Made by a program: the position numbers and the translations under genes | Shown here: positions 7,856 through 15,951 of the stretch, piece by piece | Position numbering within the stretch: the stretch's first letter is position 1 | Layout: every line of letters starts with the position of its first letter | Source: an uncultured Actinomycetes bacterium | GTDB taxonomy: Bacteria; Actinomycetota; Thermoleophilia; Solirubrobacterales; Solirubrobacteraceae | Assembly (NCBI GenBank): GCA_963766525.1 | Contig: CAVYAX010000014.1 | Location: 169,527 to 233,526 of the forward strand | Reading direction: 5' to 3' | DNA: 64,000 nt | The notes under the pieces: generated by a model | Databases searched by the model: none | What the model was told of the DNA's origin: nothing | The model's input: only the letters and a program-made list of their open reading frames with translations

Positions 7856-8298
7856 TGGCAACGAGCGCAAGCAGCCGGCGCGACTTGGACAAGCTGGGCG
7901 AGAACCACTTCGTCCTCGAGATCAGCGGCCTGGCGATCGGCGCGTTCCGCGAGATCAGCGGCCTGCAGATGGAGCGCGAGATCCTCGAGTACCCCGAGGG
8001 CGGCCGCAACGACGTCGTCCACAAGCTGCCGGGCCGCGTGAAGTACCCGAACCTCGTCCTCAAGCGCGGCGTCACCGACCAGGACGAGCTCGTGCGCTGG
8101 TTCTGGAACGCACAGACCGGGCTCGACCTCAAGGACGTGATCGTCAAGCTCGTCGATCCGTCGACGGCGATCATGCGCACCTGGGCCTTCCGCCAGGCGT
8201 ACCCCGTCAAGTGGATCGGCCCGACGCTCAACGCGGGCTCCGACAGCGCGGCGACCGAGCAGCTCGAGCTGGCGCACGGCGGGCTGGCGATGCCCTGA
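7855..8298 (+). CDS. Second tail tube protein (Afp5-like).
   Basis: 147 aa, with FREISGLQMEREILEYPEGG...KLPGRVKYPNLVLKRGVT matching the T4 gp19 family. It is a paralog of 5065..5505. Confidence 0.8.
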   Translation: MATSASSRRDLDKLGENHFVLEISGLAIGAFREISGLQMEREILEYPEGGRNDVVHKLPGRVKYPNLVLKRGVTDQDELVRWFWNAQTGLDLKDVIVKLVDPSTAIMRTWAFRQAYPVKWIGPTLNAGSDSAATEQLELAHGGLAMP

Positions 8299-8948
8299 TG
8301 GCCGGCCCGGTGCAGAAGGCGACGCTGCAGGTCGAGGACGGCGAGACGCTGACCTGCCTGTTCAACCCGAAGGACTTCAGCGTCACGAAGTCCAACAGCT
8401 GGGAGGCGAAGGCCGCGCCCGGCCAATCGGCCGCCAAGCCGACCTTCGGCGGCGGCCAGCCGCGCGAGATGACGCTCCAGCTGCTCTTCGACGCGACGCT
8501 GCTGACGCCGCAGGTGAGCGTCAAGGACGTCAGCGCGAAGCTCTTCGCCGCGATGGACGCGTCCAAGAGCGAGAGCGGCGCGCGCAACAAGTCGCGACCG
8601 CCGGCGATGACGTTCCGCTGGGGCGCCTTCTCGTTTCAGGGCGTCGCGAAGAGCCTGGCGATCCAGTACCAGCTCTTCCGGCCCGACGGCGAGCCGATCC
8701 GGGCGGACGTCAAGCTCGCGCTCATCCAGTGGGACGTCGAGGGTCCGCCGGGCCAGAACCCGACGACCCGCGTCGACGCCTCACAGGCCGCTCACGTCAT
8801 CCGCCACGGCGATTCGCTCGCGTCGATCGCCCACCACGCCTACGGCGACTCTTCGCTCTGGCGCCGCGTCGCGGAGGCGAACGGCATCGACGATCCGTTC
8901 CGGCTGATCAGCGGCGCCTCCGTGCGCATCCCGAGCCTCGAGACGTGA
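8298..8948 (+). CDS. Tube-initiator or baseplate hub protein with a tube-like N-domain and a C-terminal LysM domain (Afp7 / T4 gp53-54-like).
   Basis: The C-terminus HVIRHGDSLASIAHHAYGDSSLWRRVAEANGIDDPFRLISGASVRIP is a LysM motif. Its ATG overlaps the upstream stop. Confidence 0.75.
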   Translation: MAGPVQKATLQVEDGETLTCLFNPKDFSVTKSNSWEAKAAPGQSAAKPTFGGGQPREMTLQLLFDATLLTPQVSVKDVSAKLFAAMDASKSESGARNKSRPPAMTFRWGAFSFQGVAKSLAIQYQLFRPDGEPIRADVKLALIQWDVEGPPGQNPTTRVDASQAAHVIRHGDSLASIAHHAYGDSSLWRRVAEANGIDDPFRLISGASVRIPSLET

Positions 8949-10522
8949 GCCCCGCGCCGCCACCCGGGCTCGTCGCCGCCGTCGAGATCCGTGTCGGCGG
9001 CCGGCCGGTCGATCCCTCGGTCGCCGAGCGCCTGCTCGAAGCCCGGGTGCAGGACAACCTCATGCTGCCCGACGCGTTCACGCTGCGCCTGCGCGATCCG
9101 AGCTTCGAGCTCGTCGACGGCACGCTGTTCGACGTCGGGACGCAGGTCGAGCTGCGCTTCGCGCCGGCCGGCGCGTCGCCGCCGGCGGCGCCGTTCGCCG
9201 GCGAGGTCGCGACGATCGCGCCGCAGTTCGAAAGCGAGGGCTGCGTGCTGGTCGTGCGCGGCTACGACGTCTCACACCGCCTGCACCGCGGCCACAGCAC
9301 GCGGACGTTTCAGGACATGACGGCCAGCGACATCGCGTCGAAGGTCGTCGGCGAGGCCGGGCTGGCGATCGAGGTCGAGCCGACCGACGAGGTCTACGCG
9401 TTCGAGCAGCAGAGCAACGAGACCGACTGGGACTTCCTCTGGCGCCTCGCCCGGCGGGTGAGCTACGAGCTGACCTGCGCCGGCGCGACGATGCACTTCC
9501 GGGCTCCGGGCGCCGCGGCGGGCCCGCCGGTAGCGCTCGAGTGGGGCGAGAGCCTGCGCGCCTTCCACCCGCGGGCGACGGCCGTCGGGCAGGTCGAGTC
9601 CGTCACCGTCAGCGGCTGGGACCCGCGGGCCCGCCGCCGGATCAGCGCCAGCGCGCAGGCCGCGAAGCTCGACTCGAGCATCGGCCTGAAGCGCGACGAC
9701 GTCGCAGGCACGCTCGGCGGCGCGACGACCGCCGTCGCCGACGAGATCGTCGGCTCTCAGGGCGAAGCCGACGCGCTCGCCCAGAGCACGCTCGACCGCG
9801 TCGCCAACGCCTGGCTCGAGGCCGAGGGGACCTGCCGCGGCAACCCGCACATCCGCGCCGGGAGCGAGGTCCGCATCGGCGGCGTCGGCACCCGCTTCGG
9901 CGGCACGTACCTCGTGACGAAGTCGACGCACGTCCTGCGCGGCCGGACCGGCTACCAGACGGAGTTCGAGATCAGCGGTCGCAGCCGCCGCACGCTCATC
10001 GACCTGCTGACGCCCGCGGCCCCGAGCGCCTATCGGGGCTCGCTCGTCATCGGCATCGTCACGAATGCCGACGATCCGGATGCGATGGGTCGCGTGCGCG
10101 TGAAGTTCCCGGGCCTCGACGAGCGACGCGAGGGCTGGTGGGCGCGGGTCGCCGGGATCGCGGCCGGGCCCACAGCCAAGGTCAGGATGACCCCGCGCGT
10201 CGACGACGAGGTCGTCGTCGGCTTCGAGCACGGCGACCCGCGGCGGCCGTTCGTGCTCGGCTGCCTGCAGCGCGCCGACTCGAGCGGCGCCGGCGGCGCC
10301 GCCCCCGACCCGCCGATGCTCGAGCTGCGCAGCGACGAGCGGCTCGCCATCGCCGCCGCGGGCGACCTGTCGATCGCCGGCGAGGAGGGGTCCGTCGTCA
10401 TCCACAAGGACGGCTCGATCGTGATCAGCGCGACGCGGGTCATGGTCGAGGCGGCGAGCGCGCTCGACCTGACATCCAACGGGGTCGTGACGCTGCGCGG
10501 CACCCAGATCATGCTCGGGTGA
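8945..10522 (+). CDS. Spike/hub protein of the VgrG / phage gpD (late control D) family.
   Basis: VEIRVGGRPVDPSVAERLLEARVQDNLMLPDAFTLRLRD...FDVGTQVELRF matches the phage_GPD N-terminal pattern. The GTG start at 8945 overlaps the upstream TGA as GTGA, and the ATG at 8729 is rejected because it overlaps the LysM gene. Confidence 0.85.
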   Translation: MSPAPPPGLVAAVEIRVGGRPVDPSVAERLLEARVQDNLMLPDAFTLRLRDPSFELVDGTLFDVGTQVELRFAPAGASPPAAPFAGEVATIAPQFESEGCVLVVRGYDVSHRLHRGHSTRTFQDMTASDIASKVVGEAGLAIEVEPTDEVYAFEQQSNETDWDFLWRLARRVSYELTCAGATMHFRAPGAAAGPPVALEWGESLRAFHPRATAVGQVESVTVSGWDPRARRRISASAQAAKLDSSIGLKRDDVAGTLGGATTAVADEIVGSQGEADALAQSTLDRVANAWLEAEGTCRGNPHIRAGSEVRIGGVGTRFGGTYLVTKSTHVLRGRTGYQTEFEISGRSRRTLIDLLTPAAPSAYRGSLVIGIVTNADDPDAMGRVRVKFPGLDERREGWWARVAGIAAGPTAKVRMTPRVDDEVVVGFEHGDPRRPFVLGCLQRADSSGAGGAAPDPPMLELRSDERLAIAAAGDLSIAGEEGSVVIHKDGSIVISATRVMVEAASALDLTSNGVVTLRGTQIMLG

Positions 10523-10529
10523 GGACGTC

Positions 10530-10934
10530 GTGACCGCCGACATCATCGGAACCGGCGTGGCCTGGCCGCTTGGCGTCGACCGCCGGGGAACGCTCGCGCT
10601 GGCGCACGGCGAGGAGGACGTCGAGCAGGCGATCTCGATCATCCTGTCGACGGCGCCCGGCCAGCGCCCGATGCGACACGAGTTCGGCTGCGGCCTGCAC
10701 GACTACGTCTTCGACGTGCTCGACGCCGCCACGCTCGGCAGCATGGAGGCCGAGATCCGGCGGGCGCTCGAGCGCTGGGAGCCGCGGATCGAGGTGGAGG
10801 GCGTGGACTTCGATCTAGAGGCGAGCCCGAGCGGCCTGCTGGCGATCACCATCACCTACCGCCTGCGCACATCCAACGACGTGCGCAACCTCGTCTACCC
10901 CTTCTACGTCGTCGCGGCGGACGAGGACGGCTGA
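10530..10934 (+). CDS. Baseplate wedge protein gp25 / GPW (lysozyme-like fold).
   Basis: 134 aa, with ...EQAISIILSTAPGQRPMRHEFGCGLHDYVFD... typical of the GPW_gp25 family. It has a GTG start. Confidence 0.85.
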   Translation: MTADIIGTGVAWPLGVDRRGTLALAHGEEDVEQAISIILSTAPGQRPMRHEFGCGLHDYVFDVLDAATLGSMEAEIRRALERWEPRIEVEGVDFDLEASPSGLLAITITYRLRTSNDVRNLVYPFYVVAADEDG

Positions 10935-12931
10935 TGTCACACCTGCCCCAGCTCCAGCTCGACGATCGCACGTTCGGAGATCTCGTCAGCGAGGCGCGCA
11001 CGCGCATCTCGCAGGCCTGCCCGGAGTGGACGGAGCACAACGTCTCGGATCCCGGGATCACGCTCGTCGAGCTGTTCGCGTGGATGACCGAGCTGACGAT
11101 CTACCGGCTCAACCGGATCCCGGACAAGCTCCACGTCGCCCTGCTGGACCTCGTCGGCATCGGCCTCGATCCACCGAGCGCCGCGACGGTCGACCTGCGC
11201 TTCGACCTGACCGGGCCGGCGACGGAGCCCATCTCGATCCCGGCTGCGGGCACGGAGGTCGGCACGCCGCGGGCGGGCGGCGAGGAGCCGATCGTCTTTC
11301 AGACCACCGAGGACTTCACGATCGAGCCGCTGCGCCCGGCCGCCTACGTGCTCAGGCGCGGCGATCAGATCACGAGCGTCCCGGTTGCCGGCGGCGTGGC
11401 GAAGCCGGCCGGCGCGCAGCAGCTCGCGTTCGGCGACCCGCCCGAGCTCGGCGACGCGCTGCACCTCGGCTTCGAGGCCCCGATCGGGCGGCTCGTGATG
11501 CGCGTCGAGGTCGAGGCCTCGCCCGCGCGTGGCACCGGCGTCGACCCCGACGATCCGCCGCTGCGCTGGGAGGTCTCGGCCGGCGACGACGAGTGGCACG
11601 CCGCCGAGGTGCTCGACGACGCGACCGGCGGCTTCAACTACGGCAGCGGCCGCGTCGAGCTGCAGCTACCAGCGCGCAGCGAGAAGCGACAGCTCGCCGG
11701 CCACCGCATGCACTGGCTGCGCTGCCGCGTCCACGACCGGACCGTGTCCGGTGCGCAGAGCGAGCCCTACGCGCACCCGCCGGAGATCTACTCGATCACG
11801 GCCGCCCCGACGGGCGCGCTGCTTGGCGCCGCCCACTGCTCGCACGCGGCCAGGGAGCCGCTCGGCGTCAGCGATGGCACGCCCGGCCAAGTGCTGTCGC
11901 TGCGCCGCCGGCCGGTTCTGCCGCTGGCCGCGGGGGAGACCCTCGAGGTCCAGCACCCCGGCGAGACGATGTGGAGGGCGTGGGAGGCGCGCGACACGTT
12001 CGCGACGAGCACCGCCGGCGACACGCACTTCGCGATCGACCTCGTCGCCGGCGAGATCACGTTCGGGCCCTCGATCCGCGAGGCGGACGGCGGCTGGCGG
12101 CAGTACGGCGACGTGCCGCCGAAGGGCGCGGCGCTGCGCTTCAGCGGCTACCGCCACGGCGGCGGGCGCAGCGGCAACGTCGCCGCCGGCACGCTCACGA
12201 TGCTGAAGAGCTCGGTGGCGGGCATCGACGCCGTCGTCAACCCGGCTGCGGCCACGGGCGGCGTCGACGCCGAGTCGCTGACCGCCGCGCGCCAGCGCGC
12301 GGCCCTCGAGATCCGCTCGCGCCACCGCGCCGTGACCGGCGAGGACTACGAGTTCCTCGCGGGCGAGGCCTCGCCGCGCGTCGCACGAGCGCGCTGCCTG
12401 CCCCTCGGCGACGGCGGCGCGGTTGCGCTGCACCTGCTCCCGCAGATCCAGCCCGCCGATCGCCGGCTCACCTTCGCGGAGCTCACGCCCGACGAGTCGC
12501 TGCTGCGGACCGTGGCCGCCTACCTCGACGAGCGCCGCACGATCGGCACGACCGTGCACCTGCTGGGAGTGAAGCTGCGGGGCGTCAGCGTCGTCGTCGA
12601 CGTCCTGGCGTCAGACGCGGCGGACACGACCCGCGTCGAGGAGGAGATCGCGCACGCCCTCTACACCTTCATCAACCCGCTTGTCGGCGGCGCCGTGCGC
12701 GGGGAGGGCAGCGGCTGGCCGTTTGAGCGCATGCTCAACCAGGGCGAGCTGTACGGCGTCGTGCATGCGATCGAAGGCGTCGAGTACGTCAAGCTCCTGC
12801 GGATCTACGAGACGGACCTCGCGACCGGCGAGCGCGGCGCGCAGCCCGCCGGTACGCACGTCGTGATCCGGCCCGAGGAGCTGCTGGCGTCCGGCCAGCA
12901 CCACGTCAAGGCGAGCCACCGGGACACGTGA
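10934..12931 (+). CDS. Baseplate J-like protein (T4 gp6 / P2 gpJ / Afp11).
   Basis: The N-terminus MSHLPQLQLDDRTFGDLVSEARTRISQACPEWTEHNVSDPGITLVELFAWMTE matches the Baseplate_J family. Its ATG overlaps the gp25 stop. Confidence 0.85.
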   Translation: MSHLPQLQLDDRTFGDLVSEARTRISQACPEWTEHNVSDPGITLVELFAWMTELTIYRLNRIPDKLHVALLDLVGIGLDPPSAATVDLRFDLTGPATEPISIPAAGTEVGTPRAGGEEPIVFQTTEDFTIEPLRPAAYVLRRGDQITSVPVAGGVAKPAGAQQLAFGDPPELGDALHLGFEAPIGRLVMRVEVEASPARGTGVDPDDPPLRWEVSAGDDEWHAAEVLDDATGGFNYGSGRVELQLPARSEKRQLAGHRMHWLRCRVHDRTVSGAQSEPYAHPPEIYSITAAPTGALLGAAHCSHAAREPLGVSDGTPGQVLSLRRRPVLPLAAGETLEVQHPGETMWRAWEARDTFATSTAGDTHFAIDLVAGEITFGPSIREADGGWRQYGDVPPKGAALRFSGYRHGGGRSGNVAAGTLTMLKSSVAGIDAVVNPAAATGGVDAESLTAARQRAALEIRSRHRAVTGEDYEFLAGEASPRVARARCLPLGDGGAVALHLLPQIQPADRRLTFAELTPDESLLRTVAAYLDERRTIGTTVHLLGVKLRGVSVVVDVLASDAADTTRVEEEIAHALYTFINPLVGGAVRGEGSGWPFERMLNQGELYGVVHAIEGVEYVKLLRIYETDLATGERGAQPAGTHVVIRPEELLASGQHHVKASHRDT

Positions 12932-13515
12932 GCGCGTTGAGCGACGCCAACGGCAACGGCACCCTGCTCGCGGACGCCCCGCCCTCCGTCTCGCGGCGCG
13001 CGCTCATGCGCGACAGCCTGCCGCCGATCTACCGGGAGGCGGACTTCGCGATGCGCCTCGTCGGCGCGCTGGAGGGCGTGCTCGACCCGATCTTCGCGCT
13101 GCTGGACTCGCTGCCGGCGAACTTCTCGGCGGACTACGCGTCGCGGCCGGCGGTCGATCTGCTGGCCGCGTGGATCGGCGTCGAGCTCGACGAGGCCCTC
13201 GAGCTCGACGCACGACGCGAGGTCGTGCGGATGGGCGCGGAGCTTCACCGCTGGCGCGGGACGGCGCGGGGCCTCGAGCTGGCGCTGAAGCTGACGTTCC
13301 CGGACCTACCGATCCGCGTCGCCGACGACGGCGGCGTTCACTGGTCGAGCGACGGTGAGCCCGCTGAGCCAAGGCGCGCGCACTTCACCGTCTTTGTCGA
13401 GCGCGCGCTCGCAGCGGAGCGCTTGGCCGCGGTCGCGCGCTGCATCGACCACCACAAGCCCATGCACTGCACCTACCGCCTGCGGTCGCGCAAGCGCAGC
13501 GACGCGGGCGAGTGA
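12928..13515 (+). CDS. Baseplate protein of the phage P2 tail protein I (gpI) / Afp12 family.
   Basis: 195 aa, with ...LPPIYREADFAMRLVGALEGVLDPI...LLAAWIGVELDEAL... typical of the tail_P2_I family. Its GTG overlaps the J stop as GTGA. Confidence 0.7.
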   Translation: MSALSDANGNGTLLADAPPSVSRRALMRDSLPPIYREADFAMRLVGALEGVLDPIFALLDSLPANFSADYASRPAVDLLAAWIGVELDEALELDARREVVRMGAELHRWRGTARGLELALKLTFPDLPIRVADDGGVHWSSDGEPAEPRRAHFTVFVERALAAERLAAVARCIDHHKPMHCTYRLRSRKRSDAGE

Positions 13516-13533
13516 CCGGCCTGCTGGTGAAAC

Positions 13534-14175
13534 TCAGATAAGGCCGTCGCGCACCGCGTGTGCCACCGCCTGCGAGCGGCTGCGGACGTTGAGCTTAGTC
13601 ACGATGTCGTGCAGGACGTTCTTGACCGTGCGCTCGCTGTAGCACAGCTGCTCGGCGACCTCGCGCGTCTGGTTGCCGGCGGCGATGAGCCCGAGTACGC
13701 GCTGCTCGCGCTCGGACAGGCGCGATCCCGCGAGCCGCGGCGGCGCGCCGTCGTCCACGGCGCTCTCGGCCGGCGCGCTGCGCAGGATCGGGCCAAGGAG
13801 CTCCAGCGCGACCACCGCGGCGCCGCCGTCGGCGGCCTGGATCGCGGCTTGGAGCACGTCCTGGGTGAGCGTGTCCTTGCGCAGGTACCCGACCGCTCCC
13901 GCCGCGACGGCGTCGACCACCGCCTCGTGGTCGCACGCGGAGCTGCAGACGATGACGCTGGCGCCGCGCCCGTCGGCGACCGCCGCGATGAACTCGCGGC
14001 AGCCCGCCTCCGAGGTGTCGAGGATCACGATGTCGGCGTCGGGGAGCGCGGCGTGCTCGCGCGCGTGGCTCACGCCGTCGGCCTGGTGCACGGTCTCGAC
14101 GCGCTCCATGAGCTCCAAGGAGGCCACGAGCCCACGGCGGAAGATGGCATGTGAGTCCACCACCAGGATTCTCAT
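13534..14175 (-). CDS. LuxR/NarL-family response regulator with a receiver domain and a C-terminal HTH.
   Basis: The N-terminus MRILVVDSHAIFRRGL is a receiver-type start. The C-terminus LSEREQRVLGLIAAGNQTREVAEQLCYSERTVKNVLHDIVTKL is a LuxR-type HTH. It converges on the end of the eCIS operon. Confidence 0.8.
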   Translation of the reverse strand: MRILVVDSHAIFRRGLVASLELMERVETVHQADGVSHAREHAALPDADIVILDTSEAGCREFIAAVADGRGASVIVCSSACDHEAVVDAVAAGAVGYLRKDTLTQDVLQAAIQAADGGAAVVALELLGPILRSAPAESAVDDGAPPRLAGSRLSEREQRVLGLIAAGNQTREVAEQLCYSERTVKNVLHDIVTKLNVRSRSQAVAHAVRDGLI

Positions 14176-14351
14176 CTGAGCCCCTACCTCCACGGTCGTC
14201 CGTAGTAGAGCCAGCGAAGCCGCAAGCGTCGGGGCTGAGCGTGTGCCCGCCCAATGCTCTTACGTGTCAAGTATCTTGACGCCGCCCACCCGTGGCAAGT
14301 GCAGCGCGAAGTACCTGCAATTTGCCGTAACCCACGCCGCGTCGCGCCCGG

Positions 14352-14918
14352 CTACGGCTCCCCGGCTCCGGGTTCGGGTGTGTCGCCGGACTCCCACATC
14401 TCCTCCATGCGCGCGATCTCGCGCTCGCGGTGCCAGGCGAGCTCGTCGTCGTTGTCCTGGTTCCAGCGCGTCTGGTGAAGGAACATGTAGACGTGGTCAG
14501 CGGACAGCGGCGCGGTGTAGTCGCCGACGCGGGCGACGAACTCGTCGCGCCGGCGCTCGTAGTCGCCCTCGAGCGCGAGCGTCCAGCCCTCGGCTCCCGC
14601 GATCGCGACCTCGTTGCCGTCGGCGTCGCACAGCGACTCGCCGCCGAGCACCGCCAGCAGCGGCGTCAGCACGCGCTCGAGCGGCGCCCGGATCGCCCAC
14701 GTGTCGTTCGTCAGCGCGATCCGGATCTCAAGCGAGCGCCGCGGCGAATGGTGGACGCGCAGGTCGATCCAGTAGCGAAACTCGTCGCGCAGCAGGAAGT
14801 CGACGCGGACGTGGTCCTCATGTGCGCGCTCGAGTCCGGCAGCGTCGAGCTGAGCGACAACCGCGCTGACAGCGGGCGCCGGCAGCGCCAGCTCCCACGT
14901 CGCCGACTCGCGTCCCAT
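14352..14918 (-). CDS. Hypothetical protein of 188 aa with no recognised domain.
   Basis: Strong GC3 bias. It sits between the LuxR gene and the PG-binding paralogs. Confidence 0.4.
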   Translation of the reverse strand: MGRESATWELALPAPAVSAVVAQLDAAGLERAHEDHVRVDFLLRDEFRYWIDLRVHHSPRRSLEIRIALTNDTWAIRAPLERVLTPLLAVLGGESLCDADGNEVAIAGAEGWTLALEGDYERRRDEFVARVGDYTAPLSADHVYMFLHQTRWNQDNDDELAWHREREIARMEEMWESGDTPEPGAGEP

Positions 14919-14936
14919 CGCGGCGCTGCTTGTCGG

Positions 14937-15374
14937 TCAGTCCGATCCGTCGGGCGCGCGCAGGCGACCCCACGTCTTCGGGCCGACGATGCCGTCGACG
15001 TCGAGCCCGAAGTCGCCCTGAAAGCCCTTGACGGCGGCCTCGGTCTTCGGGCCGAAGCGGCCGTCGATCTCGCCGACGTCGTAACCCTGCGCAAGCAGCC
15101 TGCGCTGCAGGCCGCGCACGGCGACGCGCTTGTCGCCCTGCTTCAGGGTCGGGTCGCTCTTGTCGGCGTCGTCGAGCTTCTCCCACGTCAGGGGCCCGAC
15201 GATGCCGTCCTGCTCGAGCTTCGCCCACGCCTGCAGCGACCGCACCGCGGTGTCGGTGTAGACCCCGAACTTGCCGTCCGGCTTGCCGGGCTTGAAGTCG
15301 AGCTCGATCAACGACTCCTGCAGGTCCTTGACGTCCGGGCCCTCTGATCCTCGCTCAAGCGTCGGCTCTGCCAT
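14937..15374 (-). CDS. Protein with two peptidoglycan-binding PG_binding_1 repeats and no catalytic domain.
   Basis: Two copies of ..G..V..LQ..L..LG.....DG.FG..T..AV..FQ.....DGIVGP.TW. The start is MAEPTL at 15374, with an alternative at 15422. Confidence 0.65.
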   Translation of the reverse strand: MAEPTLERGSEGPDVKDLQESLIELDFKPGKPDGKFGVYTDTAVRSLQAWAKLEQDGIVGPLTWEKLDDADKSDPTLKQGDKRVAVRGLQRRLLAQGYDVGEIDGRFGPKTEAAVKGFQGDFGLDVDGIVGPKTWGRLRAPDGSD

Positions 15375-15444
15375 CGGTGCTGCCCCCTTGGGATCGAAAG
15401 TTCGGCCGGAGGATACGGTCACCGGCGCTCCCCTGCGACCTGGC

Positions 15445-15891
15445 TCAGCGCCGCTCGCCCTCGGATTCCAGCGCGTCCACGACCGCCCACGTCTTCGGCC
15501 CCACGATCCCGTCCACGACGAGCTGGGCCTGCTTCTGCAGCGTCCTGACCGCGGCCTCGGTCTTCGGCCCGAAGCGGCCGTTGACCTCGGGGATCTCGAA
15601 GCCCGCGAGCTTCAGGCGGTTCTGCAGCCGGCGCACCGGCAGTCCCTTGGAGCCGTTCTTCAGGACGGGCTCGCTCTGGTCGGCCTCGTCGATGTTCAGC
15701 CACGTGATCGGGCCGCAGATGCCGTCGACCTCGAGGCCCTTGAGCGTCTGGAACGCCTTGACCGCGTCCTCGGTCTTCTTGCCGAACACGCCGTCGATCG
15801 GTCCGGGCGCCAACCCGAGCGCCTTCAGCGCCTCCTGCAGGTCCTTGACCGCTTGCCCCTTCGCGCCCTTCTTCAACGTCGGCTCAGCCAT
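15445..15891 (-). CDS. Paralog of 14937..15374 with two PG_binding_1 repeats.
   Basis: It has the same architecture and the same MAEPTLKKG start motif. The alternative longer start at 15945 is 7 nt from the upstream stop. Confidence 0.65.
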   Translation of the reverse strand: MAEPTLKKGAKGQAVKDLQEALKALGLAPGPIDGVFGKKTEDAVKAFQTLKGLEVDGICGPITWLNIDEADQSEPVLKNGSKGLPVRRLQNRLKLAGFEIPEVNGRFGPKTEAAVRTLQKQAQLVVDGIVGPKTWAVVDALESEGERR

Positions 15892-15951
15892 CGGATCCTC
15901 CTTGAGTCGGGGTTGCTCGGACTCTAGCCACGCGGCTCTAGCCACGCGGGC

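Noticed and set aside
8729-8944. An ATG start at 8729 for the VgrG-like gene.
   Set aside because: It would overlap the LysM gene by 220 nt. The GTG at 8945, in the same frame, overlaps the upstream TGA (GTGA) and begins exactly at the conserved VgrG N-terminus.
2097-13515. The eCIS region as a myovirus prophage.
   Set aside because: There are no capsid, portal, terminase, protease, integrase or lysis genes. Only tail or baseplate modules are present, and the flanks are cellular genes.
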